Shown piece after piece: positions 11,546 to 23,929 of a stretch of DNA of 37,954 bases. Position 1 is the stretch's first letter. Every line of letters starts with the position of its first letter. The stretch comes from Octopus bimaculoides (lineage: Eukaryota), in the NCBI RefSeq assembly GCF_001194135.2, contig NC_068988.1, positions 80,886,751-80,924,704 of the forward strand, read 5' to 3'. The notes under the pieces were generated by a model, which saw only the letters and a program-made list of their open reading frames with translations, was not told where the DNA came from and searched no databases. Made by a program: the position numbers and the translations under genes.

Positions 11546-12001
11546 ATTAAGAAATGGAGTTAAACACAGATGTTATTCAAATCTTTATACTTCCGACATA
11601 TGTTTCGAAGAAAACATTGATATTATTCCGGAGGGAATAAAATGATGTAAAACGATGCAATCATCTCGTCAGGATAGTGGGGGAAACAACACACACACAT
11701 CAATAAGCCATTTTAACTGAATGTGATTACTGTGTATATGATGAAGGGGAATGCTGGCAAGTTATTTTTTAAAAAACCATTAATAGATCTATTAACAGTT
11801 TTTTAAAAAATAACTTGCCAGCGTTCCCCTTCATTATATATGCAGTAATCACATTCGGTTAAAATGGCTTAGTGATGTGTTTAGATGATTGCATTGTTTT
11901 ACATCGTTCTGTTCTCTCCAGAATAATATCAATGTTTTCTTCGAAACATGTCGGAAGTATAGAGGTCTGAATAATACCTGCATTTAACTCCATTTCTTAA
12001 T
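11546..12001. repeat. ~455 bp spacerless palindrome; head-to-head copies of a probable PLE terminal repeat
   Basis: Centre ttaatagatctattaa at 11787/11788; arms align out to attaagaaatgg / ccatttcttaat; ~30 nt indel; each arm carries GAAA-CAT(AT)G-TC. Confidence 0.9.
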
Positions 12002-12023
12002 ATATATATATATATATATATGT

Positions 12024-12116
<93 letters not shown>
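12002..12116. repeat. (TA)n then (GA)n microsatellite
   Basis: Seen directly. Confidence 0.98.
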
Positions 12117-12120
<4 letters not shown>

Positions 12121-12240
12121 TCTAAAGTTGACAATATTTTGTTTCTTTTTTTCAGGAATAGTTACATCTATTGGTGAACATTCAATGGCATTGGAGAGCA
12201 GAAGATTAAAGTTGGAGTTGAGAGGTTAGCAGATACGGAG

Positions 12241-13190
12241 GAATGGAAGCCATCTCAATATTGGAAAAGAGTTACCTGTATCATGATGATTCACACTAGG
12301 CATCAAAATGCTGACATCATGACTGTTGCTCAATGCTCTGTGAACACTGTAAAGGCTGCAAGATGTGACATGGGTAGCTGCAATGGAGACTATGAAGCCA
12401 TGGCCAGCAGGAGGGGAGACAGTGGGCCTTCTGTGCCCACATGAACAAGGTGATGGGAGATCGGGGCAAGGGAATTCATGCTTTGGTAAGAGAGATGGGT
12501 GCTGCAGTTGCAGCTGACCCTAAGTGAGAACTTTCACTATCACTTGTACAAAAGGTGCAAGGAATCAACTCTGAAAGCCAATGAGAACTGCTTGATGAAG
12601 GTAAAGAAGCTCCTGAACTGAAGTATGTTGTTGAGCTGAGGATGATCTGATTCTTCTCAGATGAAAAGAACTTCTGCCAGGACCAGTTGCACAACCAGAA
12701 CAACAGGTAGCTTGCCTACATTCCATGTGATGTCTCATGTATTATGAAAACCAAGTTCTCCCAAATTGTGACGACCTATGGGCGTGTCTCCAGTGACAGT
12801 GACATAATGTCATTCCCCATCTTAGAACAGGGCCTTAAGCTCAATTCAAACAGCTATGTGAAGCTGCTGGAAGGGCATATGTTTGGCAACAGGATTTGGC
12901 ACCTTGTCATATCTCTGGAAAGAGTTATAAGTGGTTGTCAGAGAATTTCTATGACTTCATCAACCCCAATTTCTGGCCTCCTAATTCTTCCAAATGTAAT
13001 CCAATGGGTTATTACATATGGGGTACAATTGAGACTGACACCAACCATACAGCCTGCAACACCAAGGCCAAGCTGGTGGCCAAGATCAAGGTGGTGCTGA
13101 AAGATCTTTCCAAGGACAGTGAGGAACAGATATGCCAGGTTCCATAGCCATTTTAAGGCTGTGGTGGAAGCTGAGGGTGTCTACTTTAAG
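12241..13190 (+). mobile_element. Second, more decayed maT (DD37D-like) transposase remnant
   Basis: Reads FSDEKNFCQDQ, MKTKFSQIV, QQDLAPCH, FWPPNSSKCNPMGYYIWG, VVEAEG; homologous to 4295-5491; TIRs not recognised. Confidence 0.85.
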
Positions 13191-14152
13191 TAAATTGTAA
13201 TCTCCCAGCCACAACCTACTTGGAATTGTTTGATTTTTAAAAAATACTTTTATTTTTAGATGGGAGATAGCGTTTTCTTTTCCTTTTATGAAGGCTACAA
13301 ATATTTATATACAAATTAAATTCCCACACATTTTCTTTCCATGTAAATTTTATCTCTTGTTCCTTAGGTTTTAGCATTAACTTGGGAAAGTAAGAAAGCA
13401 TTGCAAGATTTGTGTAGTTCACCAAAATATAGAACTGTACATGTACTTTTTGATATTCAGATGTTTATATATTCTTCAGAGTTGAAAGTTCAAATTTTCT
13501 TAACTTCATCACATAGCTGGCTTACAAAGTCAGTGCAATCAGGATACATACATATATTCAACAGATAAATAATAAAATTAATTAAATCATATAGTAAGGG
13601 CTCAGATGTTGGTTACTGTGGGAAAATTAATAATTAGAATAGAGAGGAGAAATATTGCCAAGATCCAAAAAGCCATAGGATGTGCTAATATTGAACTGAG
13701 GCTTGAAAGTAAACCAATTAAGTGGGCACACATATGGCTGTGTGGTTGTGCCTGCTTTGTAACCACATGAATCCAGATTCAATCCCACTGCATAGAATCT
13801 TAGGCTGATCAATGCTTAGTGAAGTTAGCAGAAGGAAAGATTGCACACACACACATGTATACAAATACCCAAAAGTAACTTGTTTTAGTTGTTGCTTTAT
13901 TGCTCTGTCTACTTGTGTATATTTTCCAACAAAATACCTTGTGGTAACACTATATAAATAAATGTCTAGGACTATGGATTATGTGAACAGTATTCATAAC
14001 TTTAGTTTGGATGTTGCTTAACCCTTTTGATACCAACTTGCCCTGGACCCCCTGTATTAATGTGATCTAAATTTAAACTTTCCATCAATATTTCACATTA
14101 ATTTATGTTTCAAACTCCAGCTTAATAATGGTGTTATTTTATTAAATTCTTC

Positions 14153-14400
14153 ATCATCATTGTTTAATGTCCGTTTTCCATGCTGGCATGGGTTGGACAG
14201 TTTGACTGAGGTCTGGAGAGCCAACGGCTGCACAAGGCTCCAATCTGATCTGGCAATGGTTCTACAGCTTGATGCCCTTCCTAACGCCAACCACTCCGAA
14301 CGTGCAGTGGGTGCTTTTTATATGCCACCGGCACAAGAGCCAGTCAGGTGGGCCTGGCATTGATCACGTTTGGATAGTGCTTTTTACGTGCCACTGGCAT
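14153..14400 (-). mobile_element. RTE 3' UTR fragment with (GAT)n tail
   Basis: catcatcattgtttaatgtccgttttccatgctggcatgggttggac matches 29413 and 37680. Confidence 0.85.
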
Positions 14401-15749
14401 GGGGGGTGGCAGTCAGGGGTTAGAGCAGAATGTAATATTGGTCACTTTACAAGTGTCTTTTCCTTCTACATTATCCCTTTCTTTCTTTTCTTTTTAATTA
14501 TGAAACTAATAAAAGTAAAATCACATCCTTTATAACTTCCAGAATAACATTTTAAGTGATCAAATTTGTTGATCACTATTTTTAAATTTCTCAGACCACA
14601 AGAAACCACTCTCTTAACTAGCAGACCATTTTCGTCTTAATTGCTGTACGTCTGCTCTAAATACTGCCAATAATGATGATTGTCCTTGAAAATCTAAATT
14701 TAAACTTAATAGAAGAAATTGCTTTTCACAGGGAACATTTTTCATTCTCAAGAGACTATTAGCATGATATTTAGTATATAAATTTCAGCCACATATTTTC
14801 ATAAATTTTAATAATCTTATTCATATATTTCTTAATATTTATTATGTTATTTTTTGAAAGTAAATTAATTAAATTTTGTAGTTTTTCTTTTAAATATAAA
14901 TCTAATGTACAAAGACCTAAATCCTGGAATGTATATAATTGCTATGTATGGAATTTCTGTGTCTTATCATATATATCATTACAGAAATGTCAGTGGAGTC
15001 ATTAACAATAATTAAATCATGTTTCAGCTGGTTTATAAAATTAACTCTATTGTAAAGAAAAAAAGTATTTCTTATAATATTTAAGAGCAGCACAACACAT
15101 TAATGTTTCAAATGTCAGGGTTTTGTAAATTCACTTGTCATTCAAGATAATATGTTGTTTTTAAATAGGTACAAGGTTCTTTTAGTAGAAAATTGTTTAT
15201 TATATGATAACTAGATATAGCACCTGACTTGATAAAAAGTCAGGCCATTACCATCTATAATAACAGTTTGTTAAAAAAAAAAAAAAGACAGACAAAACAA
15301 AGCAAAAAAGTATGCAGATCCTTTAAGTTCAAGTTACAGTCAATTGAATGGCCACTACATTTTAGTAAAAGCCACTTTAAATAAACCCAATCACATACAA
15401 GAATCTCATATCACCTGGAAACAAATTGGGTTTCAGTCCTTTTGTTATCTGAGAACTGGATCTGTCACCATTTGTTATGTGTATCCCTGTATCAGTTGTC
15501 AAGTCTCAATCTTTATTAATAGTCTAGAATGTCATTATAAACTTCAGTTGTAAAGTTTGTATTTTGTTCACTATCACTATCTATGTCAGTGTTTATTTGA
15601 TCTGCATGAGCTAAATCTATTTTGTCCACCCTTTAGTATTACAGCTGTACCATATTCTGCTGCTCGAGAAGACCCTGCCCACCACAACGGAATTGAGAAC
15701 CTAAAAACTAAGCTAACACATAAAAACAACTGACACTGGTGTCTCATAA

Positions 15750-15918
15750 AAAGCACCCAGTACACTCTGTGAAGTGGTTGCCTTTAGGAAGAGCATCCAG
15801 CCAGAGAAACCAAATCAAAATAGATGATGGAACCTGGTGCACACCTCGCCCTTGCCAGTTCCTATTAAGCTGTCCAACCCATGCCAGCATGAAAAGTGGA
15901 CGTTAAATGATGATGATG
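15750..15918 (+). mobile_element. RTE 3' UTR fragment with (GAT)n tail
   Basis: Ends ccaacccatgccagcatgaaaagtggacgttaaatgatgatgatg. Confidence 0.8.
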
Positions 15919-18494
15919 GTTATATTCGAAATCTAGTTTATTGCAGCTCGCAATTCCTTTTGCAGCGGTACCAAATTAGGTAGACCACCTGTGCAACAAT
16001 GTCATGTCTCATGGGAATGTAGTATCTTACAGATATTTTTGGACAACTACTGATATGATATAACACTTTCTATCACAACATGGAAGTTTAGAGGCATTCT
16101 TACCATTTTGTCAATCAGGTATTTAGTAAACCTCTCTTGTTCTTGTATACCATAGGCATAATCATCTAGGTGAGATGTGAACTTCTCACAAGTCCAGAAA
16201 AGGTTGCTATTTCTGGCTTTCTCTAACTTGTGGTATGACGTGTGTGTGTGTGTACTATATGTTCACGTCCACTATCCAACAAGTGGTGTCATTCGTTTGC
16301 TATTTTCCATGAAAATATACCCGGCTATTGAGTGGTTCATGCTCAAAAGACAAGGGGAAGCAGATGAGAGCTGCTAACAAAAAATATTGAGTTGTAGAAA
16401 AATTTCCACAACAAATTTCATCTGACCTTTGTAAACAGGGAAATGTGAACTTAAAATGATATTTCACACTGATTACTGCAGTGTTTTTTGAGGCCAATTC
16501 CATAAATACTTGCAGAATAATTCTTTTAATTTCTTCAACCTGTAGTAATAGATTTACATACTTTCTCAGTGATTATTTCTCCAGATTTCAACTTTTCCCA
16601 ATGTAGGATATTTAAATGGTGCATGTTTATATTCACAAAAGCACCATTTAGGATCAAACTTCTACTTATTACTACCAATATGTGATAGTATGATCAAGAT
16701 CTTTGTCGCTGTCTTGCTTGTTTCATTCAAATAAAATTTAGAAAACATTTAAAGCAGCTGTTGAATGAATTCAATGCATGTATGGAGATATTCTGAGGCT
16801 TTCTTCACATGAGGCTCACATAGTTGTATGGAGTCTATAAGACTCATTTAAATCATGTCTTCTGCACTATTTAGTCCTTTAGTTTCAATTTTATCAAATT
16901 CATCAAAATCAGGTTGATCCGTGTAATCATTGAGAACAATCTTAGATTCAGTCAGATTTTGGTGCTCTATGATAGGAATCAGACTCTTTCAGCATTTATT
17001 AATTTCTTTGGGATACAAGCAGATTTTAAATTGATAAAACTTTCAAGTTTCAGAGGTTTTGTTGTTACCAAAACAATATGGCTTTCATACCTTTAATAGA
17101 TAAAAACAAACATTTTATTAAATCATTAGTGTCCAGATGTTTCATTCTTGCTGTAGAACATTGCAGAAGTAAACAAAATCTGCTGTATCCAGTTCATCAA
17201 ATACAAGTTTGTTATTATTGTTTAGGTTGGTGTCTACAGTGTTTATCCAAATACACCCCTGTTTCCAAGGTATCCTTTTACATCTAGAATGTTTATTCAA
17301 ATGATGGCTCAAATTATTACATCAAACCTTAAATAGATTCATGTCAACAGGCAAACGTGGAAAAGCATCATAAATTGGACAATGTATGATGAATATAGAG
17401 GAAAAATTGTTTGGAAGTGACTAAACCGATACTGAGAAATATATTAAAAGATTAAAATTATTGATTTAAATCAAATGTTTCTTATGCAAGATGGTATATT
17501 TTAGCAATACATTTGGATGATTTGAACTTAATATATAATTAGTAAATATTTAATCAACTTGTGAAAATAGCAGCCAAATCTCTCTCAAACTGTAACAGTC
17601 TAGGTTATATTGAATTATGAGGTCCTAGATACACTATAACTGAATAAAAGACGAGGTGGTCATGGCTGGAGCATCTCTGATTATAAGATGGCTGTATCAG
17701 GACTAGTTTAAGATTACATGAAAAACAATCCCAGAAGGATTAAATACAAAGTCAATCTTTACAGGATTTGAAGTCAGAAGAAAGAAGGATAAAACTAGGT
17801 ACTACAAAGCACTATCATTTTAAGAAGACAATAAGTGTACAATCTCAAAATTAGTGGCTTGCAATTTAGAATTACACAAATATCAGTCATTCATTCAAGC
17901 TTTAAGATTAAATTCTCCACATCAATAGAGAGAATTGGCACATTTTCCTTGCTTCAAGGAAGAAATAGAGACAGAGGTACAAAAAAAAAAAAAAAAAGAA
18001 GTTCAAAATCCCTCTAAGATCTTCAGAACCTGACGGAGAATAAAAGTACACGTAATAGATTCCAAAGTTTACTAAATCAGTGCCAGCCTGTTTGGTACAT
18101 CTCAAACAGTCATCATGTACAATCACTGACTTTACACAATGCCTTGTCATTTCTTTCACTAAGACAATATTTCTGAACAGTAGCACTTTGTAGCACAATA
18201 ATATACTATAATGGTGAATCTTGTTTAGAGCTTAACATGTTGGTTAAAGAGAGAGCTATGTTCCATGAACAGTTGTAAGGTTGTGACAAATTTGATAGTC
18301 GTACGTGCATTTAATGTTCACTGGTTGAATCAACGGGGTGACAAGATATAACATAATATTTTAATGTACAAAGAAAAATAAGCAGTGAAACATTCAAAAA
18401 TATACTGCAAGTTAATGGTGAGAAAAGATGGAATTTTTCCGTAGCTTTTTTTTTTTTATTATTCATCATATAGAAATTTATTTTGATAACTTTG

Positions 18495-18544
18495 CATAAA
18501 TTATACTACTACTACTACTACTACAGATACACACACACACACAC

Positions 18545-18627
<83 letters not shown>
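18495..18627. repeat. (TAC)n/(CA)n/(TA)n compound microsatellite
   Basis: Seen directly. Confidence 0.97.
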
Positions 18628-18630
<3 letters not shown>

Positions 18631-18876
18631 GAAAGAAATAGAAAGAAAAGTGAACCTTACAATATTTTGATAATTTATCTGGCAGACCTTTAAGATAAGC
18701 TTTGATATTCTGTATGATGTTACGTAGTAAAATAATAAATGTAAAATTGGCTACAAGGAAACATTGTATAGAAATAATGAATTACGAAAAATAGATCTAA
18801 AGCTAAATGATCATTTCTAAAATATTGGAGTAGATTTCTATATTATAAACAACGACTGGCCAGTTATAATAAACAT

Positions 18877-19055
18877 ACTGATAAAATAATGTCCAATAGT
18901 AAAACAGAATGACGGAACTGATAAAATGTAGAGTGTGAGAGAGAGAGGATATTATGATATATATACAGACTGATAAAATAGTGTCCAGTGGTAGAATACA
19001 GAATGATGGAACTATTTAAAAGTAGAGAATATATAATGGAGAGGATGTTTTGATG
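18877..19055 (+). repeat. Diverged tandem duplication, period ~92 bp
   Basis: actgataaaataatgtccaatagtaaaacagaatgacggaact at 18877 vs actgataaaatagtgtccagtggtagaatacagaatgatggaact at 18969. Confidence 0.8.
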
Positions 19056-19717
19056 GCTGCTAGTATTGATTTCACCAATCTCAACAAAATAAAATATAAC
19101 TCATCCACGCAATAACAGCAATAAAGTAAAATAATAACCTCTCTGAGGCACGCACAAATACATACATTATATGCATGTATGCCTATGTATGCAAATATGA
19201 AATAATATTGAGAGAGAGCACAAAGAAGATATTATTTTCTTAGTTACAAAATATTTTTATGAAACAATCCTTTTTACATTAATAATAATGTTATTATATA
19301 ATTAGCAATACATTAGGAGAGCAATGCGTGTTTGTTTTGGCTGTTTAATGTACACTGCAGTATCTAATTGAGACTTGCTGAAAAACCAAATACTGTTTAT
19401 TGAAATAAACTAAACAGAAAATTTGACATCTTTCAATTAGCAAAACATTACTATCAAAGATATCAGCCTTCTCCTTCGACTGTCAAAACACGAAGCTCAT
19501 TTATATAACGCACAGCTCACTATATATATACATATACCCCAGTCACACAAGCACGAAGGCAGAATAAAACAGGATATATATACATACACACGAGCTATAT
19601 TATAAGTTAAATATAGATTCTTTACAAAAACCGTCACGATCGACTTTTCAACGAAAATCACAACCAGCACTGTTCTATAAAAAGAGACAGACGGAAGGAT
19701 TGCAATAATTCATAACA

Positions 19718-19757
<40 letters not shown>

Positions 19758-19790
19758 TCGATCTAATCGACAACCCGTCTCCATAAATTG

Positions 19791-20075
19791 AAGGCGTTGT
19801 CCCAGAATCATTAGCGCGTTGGGCAAAACGCTTAGCGGCATTTCTTCGGGCTTTGCATTCGGAGTTCAAATTCCACCGAGGTCGACTTTGCCTTTCATTC
19901 TTTCGAGATCAATAAAGCAAAATTGCTGGCCTTGTGCCAAAATTTGAAGCAATTATCATTATTATTGCCTTTCATCTTTTCAGGGTCGATGAAATAAGTA
20001 CCAGTTAAGCACTGAACCCCGCTCCCCAAATTTCAGGCCTTGTGCCTATAGTAGGAAGGATTATCGTTATTAGGA
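19791..20075 (+). mobile_element. tRNA-derived SINE (family C), first of two tandem copies
   Basis: B-box ggagttcaaattcc, core gaggtcgactttgcctttcattctttc, 3' ttgtgcctatagtaggaaggattat. Confidence 0.85.
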
Positions 20076-20077
20076 TA

Positions 20078-20295
20078 ATGAATTGGCTGAATCACTAGTG
20101 TCTGACCAAAAGCTTTGCGGTATTTCTGACTCTTTACGTTCCGGGTTCAATTCCCGCTGAGGTCCATTTTGCCTTTTATTCTTTCGGGGTCGATCAAAAT
20201 AAGTACCAGTTTAACATTGGGGTCAATGTAATCGACTAGTCCCCTCCCTTGAAAAAATTCAGTCCTTGTGCCTATAGTAAAGGATTATTATTATT
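20078..20295 (+). mobile_element. tRNA-derived SINE (family C), second tandem copy
   Basis: gggttcaattcccgctgaggtccattttgcc...aataagtaccagtt...cttgtgcctatagtaaaggattattattatt. Confidence 0.85.
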
Positions 20296-20570
20296 GAATT
20301 GATTTCAGGAAAATGGCTGGTCACTTCATGGAAACATTATAATATAGCAACAGTTGAGAGCCAATTCTTACTTAAATAATTAGGTACATTAGTGTTTTAA
20401 CACAAAATCTATAGAATGCCATTGAAAAAAAAAAAAAAAGAAAAGAAATTAAAGAGATCGAGATATTATTTACCAGACAGACAGTACAAACAGCAACAAA
20501 ATGCAAACGAAATACAAAAATGCAGGCTTGTTAGTTCCAGACATTTAAAAACAACGCAATATACACATAC

Positions 20571-20609
<39 letters not shown>

Positions 20610-21430
20610 GCAGCAGGCAAGGTAATTATTAAAATGTCATTTTGAACAGCTAACACAGATCTGACGGAAGCAAAAAAAAAAAAAAAGAAAAAGAAAAAAA
20701 AAAAAACCTACATTTGGAATTCGAAGGAAAAACTGAAGGAGGAAGGATTTGAGAATATAAGAAAATTATATGTAAAATACTTTTAAAGAATTAATGCGGC
20801 AACAATTTTAGATGTAGATTATTGATGTCTACTGTTTTTGTTACTGCCATTTGTTTTCCCTGATTGCATGCATAGGAAGAACATGAATGAGTATATACAC
20901 ACCCGTATATGTGTGTATACAGACAAGAGAGCAACGTAGAGGGAGGCGTGCTGCTCGTTTAGTGTGGAGCTGTTTACATAATATATGAAAACAAATAATA
21001 TTGATAGAGCAAATAACATGGATGCTGAGTAGAAAAAGACTACTAAATGTACATCCTCTCTCTCTCTCTGTCATATCATATAGTTATATATATGCAAGAT
21101 ACACACACATTTATAAATGTCTCAGATATTCAACACTGCCTTGGCTTTGTTGTCTCGTTTTATTGAACATAATAAACACACACACACGTGTGTGTGAATA
21201 TATATAATCTCACACTCGTTGAGGTTTACGTTATATATATATATATATATTTATATATATTTTTAAAGAAAACTAAATGGTTTATATACGTGCTGTTAAA
21301 TGAGGTCAAATAAACGCCATTGGTGAATTAAACCAAAACAGAAAGCTTCTATAAACATCAACAACCATCTCCATGTTGTCTCCTATGTACATTGCTTATT
21401 TTAAATCTACCAAAATTAAATCTGACTTAC

Positions 21431-21511
21431 CAACGACTCATTCAGAATATCAGGCTGTTCTTCGTCTGCTTTGGGCTTTTTGCCTATCGGCTGGAATTTA
21501 TAGATAGTCAT
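21431..21511 (-). CDS. ITM2: ITM2/BRI2-family protein, coding exon 1
   Basis: ATG at 21511 (context acaaatATG); reads MTIYKFQPIGKKPKADEEQPDILNESL; consensus donor TTG|gtaagt; phase 0 matches exon 2; MTIY.. plus Lys-rich start resembles invertebrate ITM2 N-termini as recalled. Confidence 0.85.
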
Positions 21512-21700
21512 ATTTGTCGGAGAAGTTCTGTCTTTTTTGTTGTTTTTCTTTTTTTGGAAGAGAAGAAAGGACAGAGCTAATGATTAGACACCGCTGCTGT
21601 AGTCTCACACAACATACACACACACAATAGAGTCACGACGTCATCGGAACATTTCCGTGAAACTTCGTAACACTTCGGACAACTACGTCAATACCTCCTC
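21512..21700 (-). promoter_or_regulatory. Putative ITM2 5' UTR and proximal promoter with CRE-like motifs
   Basis: Locally CpG-enriched, repeat-free; TGACGTCG at 21636-21643 and TTGACGTA at 21684-21691 on the minus strand; TSS not determinable. Confidence 0.5.
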
Positions 21701-22089
21701 CCCCTCTTTCCGCTTTCATGTTACATATATGCTTCTTATCTTTTTTTTTCTTCTTTTTCACATCTTTGTTAATATCTCATAAACAATATTAAATTGACCC
21801 TCACAGCTAATTTCGTTTTGTTTTACGGGTTCCGCTGATGACATGTCTATTAGATGATGCTGGTAAATGGGTACTTTAGCTATTTCAGTGCCTCAGCCTT
21901 ACTCTCACCCGCGGAAATGGTATGAATGTTTTGGGTTACCTTACAGTTTATTAAAAGTCGTCCCTGCTGTTAATAAGGGAGAGAATGTGTATGTCTTTTT
22001 GACTAAATTACTATTGTCCACCTCTATATATACTGCTCTATTAAAGAAATCCTACGCTCCGTTAATTCTTTTTCTAATCCTCCTCTGCT

Positions 22090-22440
22090 TAACATCAGGC
22101 AATTTGCTTCTTGTATTTCGTCAGTCAAACTGCCGAAAACAGCCGTATCATCTTCAGACTACACCCTATTACCTTTCAAAGAAATGACACACTAAATAAT
22201 GTAGTTAGGGACACATTCATGAACAATATCCTGGTCCTGAAAGCCATTCGTCATAATTAGTTTGTTCGCTTCCCTTAATAAGCCATACTATATATAATAC
22301 TGTATAAAAGCCACATCCCTCTACACTTTACGCTGAACACTTTTGCTCTCTAGTATTTCCTTAGGAACTGCAGTCCCATCGAACTCTCTTTCTGCAGACC
22401 TCCAGCTAATGATGCTGAAACACCAACATCGATCTCAGTT
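22090..22440 (+). mobile_element. Possible highly decayed Penelope-like 3' end
   Basis: Frame QTAENSRIIFRLHPITF loosely resembles the PLE GIY-YIG C-terminal E..IIF.L motif, followed by a C/T-rich tail. Confidence 0.25.
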
Positions 22441-22943
22441 GTCAGGGTACTAACTGCACTTCCTCAAGCAAATCAACAACAACAACAAAAAGAAAGAAAC
22501 ATGTTAATATTATGTAAACGAAATAAATGAAATTAATAAATCGAATGGAAGTTAAACAATTGGAATACTCCAATTGGCAAAATTAAATGAATAAAAGTTA
22601 ACAAAATCTAATAGTTGTAAGTTTTGAACTTCCACGATTCGAATAGGACCTTGGTTGACAGCAACAGCTATAGAGTAAGCTACAGTTAGAGAACGCAGTA
22701 TGATCTTCAACTAAGTGTACCCTGTATAAAAGGATCAGTGATTCACGCCTAAGATGTTGAACTGATTACTTCTATGCAACTTGTAGCTCGATGAGGGCAG
22801 ATTAAGGACCACACAGCAAAATGAAACAAGCTTCTGAAATTACTGTCATCCAGTTTCTTTTTCTCTCTTGTACTTTATTTCTTTGTCATTTTCTATCGTT
22901 ATTGTAAATTGATTACACACGCACACATTGTATATATATATAT

Positions 22944-23056
22944 ATTAAAAATGGGGAAGACCAGTTTATGGGATTACTTTAGGTCCCGTCCATAAAGGAT
23001 CTTTATGGCCGGGAAACCTAAGGTAATCCCATAAACCGGCCTTCCCCATTTTTAAT
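22944..23056. repeat. ~113 bp hairpin (MITE-like or fold-back) with a 3-nt loop
   Basis: aaaaatggggaagaccagtttatgggattac..cataaag / gat / ctttatg..gtaatcccataaaccggccttccccattttt. Confidence 0.9.
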
Positions 23057-23140
23057 GTACACTGTTCTATATCTAAGAGTGTGCTTCTTTCGGATTTATG
23101 TTTTTTTTTACAGACGATATATACATACACACACACACAC

Positions 23141-23423
23141 NNNNNNNNNNNNNNNNNNNNNNNNNNNNNNNNNNNNNNNNNNNNNNNNNNNNNNNNNNNN
23201 NNNNNNNNNNNNNNNNNNNNNNNNNNNNNNNNNNNNNNNNNNNNNNNNNNNNNNNNNNNNNNNNNNNNNNNNNNNNNNNNNNNNNNNNNNNNNNNNNNNN
23301 NNNNNNNNNNNNNNNNNNNNNNNNNNNNNNNNNNNNNNNNNNNNNNNNNNNNNNNNNNNNNNNNNNNNNNNNNNNNNNNNNNNNNNNNNNNNNNNNNNNN
23401 NNNNNNNNNNNNNNNNNNNNNNN
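23141..23423. other. Assembly gap (283 N)
   Basis: N run. Confidence 1.
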
Positions 23424-23929
23424 AACAGATTAAATTATTTTAAAACAGACAATACTACAAATAAGCTCTTGAAATACGATGAGAGACAAAAAAAGATAAT
23501 ACAATATAGACACCAAAGTGGAGCAACGATTAATACTATAATATTCTTTAGATAAGGAGGTCTGTGGTAATTATCTAAAAGGAAAGTAATATAAAACTAT
23601 TGCGCATGAATAAATAACTTCGTTAAATTTACAACGTATCTAAGTTCACGTAACTAGGTCGAGACAGTCTGTGTAGGATTATTAGATAAAATATTTCCAA
23701 ACAAACACCAAATATTTGTTTCTGAGTGAAGTACATTATCTCTTTGTCATGGGAATGTGCACGGAATTGTTTCAATAGAGCAATTAGGTCTGTTAAAAGA
23801 CCTATCCCTCTATGACCCTACCGTCCTTTCTTCTGAAATAGTCTACTCCGGACAACACTGTCCATTATGTTATTTCATTAAACGATAAGGTGTGGTTTCA
23901 GGAATATTTGGCTGTTATTTCCAGCAGGT

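Noticed and set aside
12135-12229. Strong plus-strand acceptor (tttcttttttttcag) and short ORF
   Set aside because: Antisense to ITM2, adjoining a decayed maT 5' region; no good donor or partner exon.
17386-17436. C/D box snoRNA (ATGATGA...CTGA)
   Set aside because: Only ~50 nt between boxes, no terminal stem, no recognisable guide.
21835-21870. CTGATGA as a hammerhead core
   Set aside because: No stem II followed by GAAA downstream.
22406-22440. CTAATGA-TGCTG...CAACA as a hammerhead
   Set aside because: First box mutated, GAAA box and cleavage triplet absent; at most a dead remnant.
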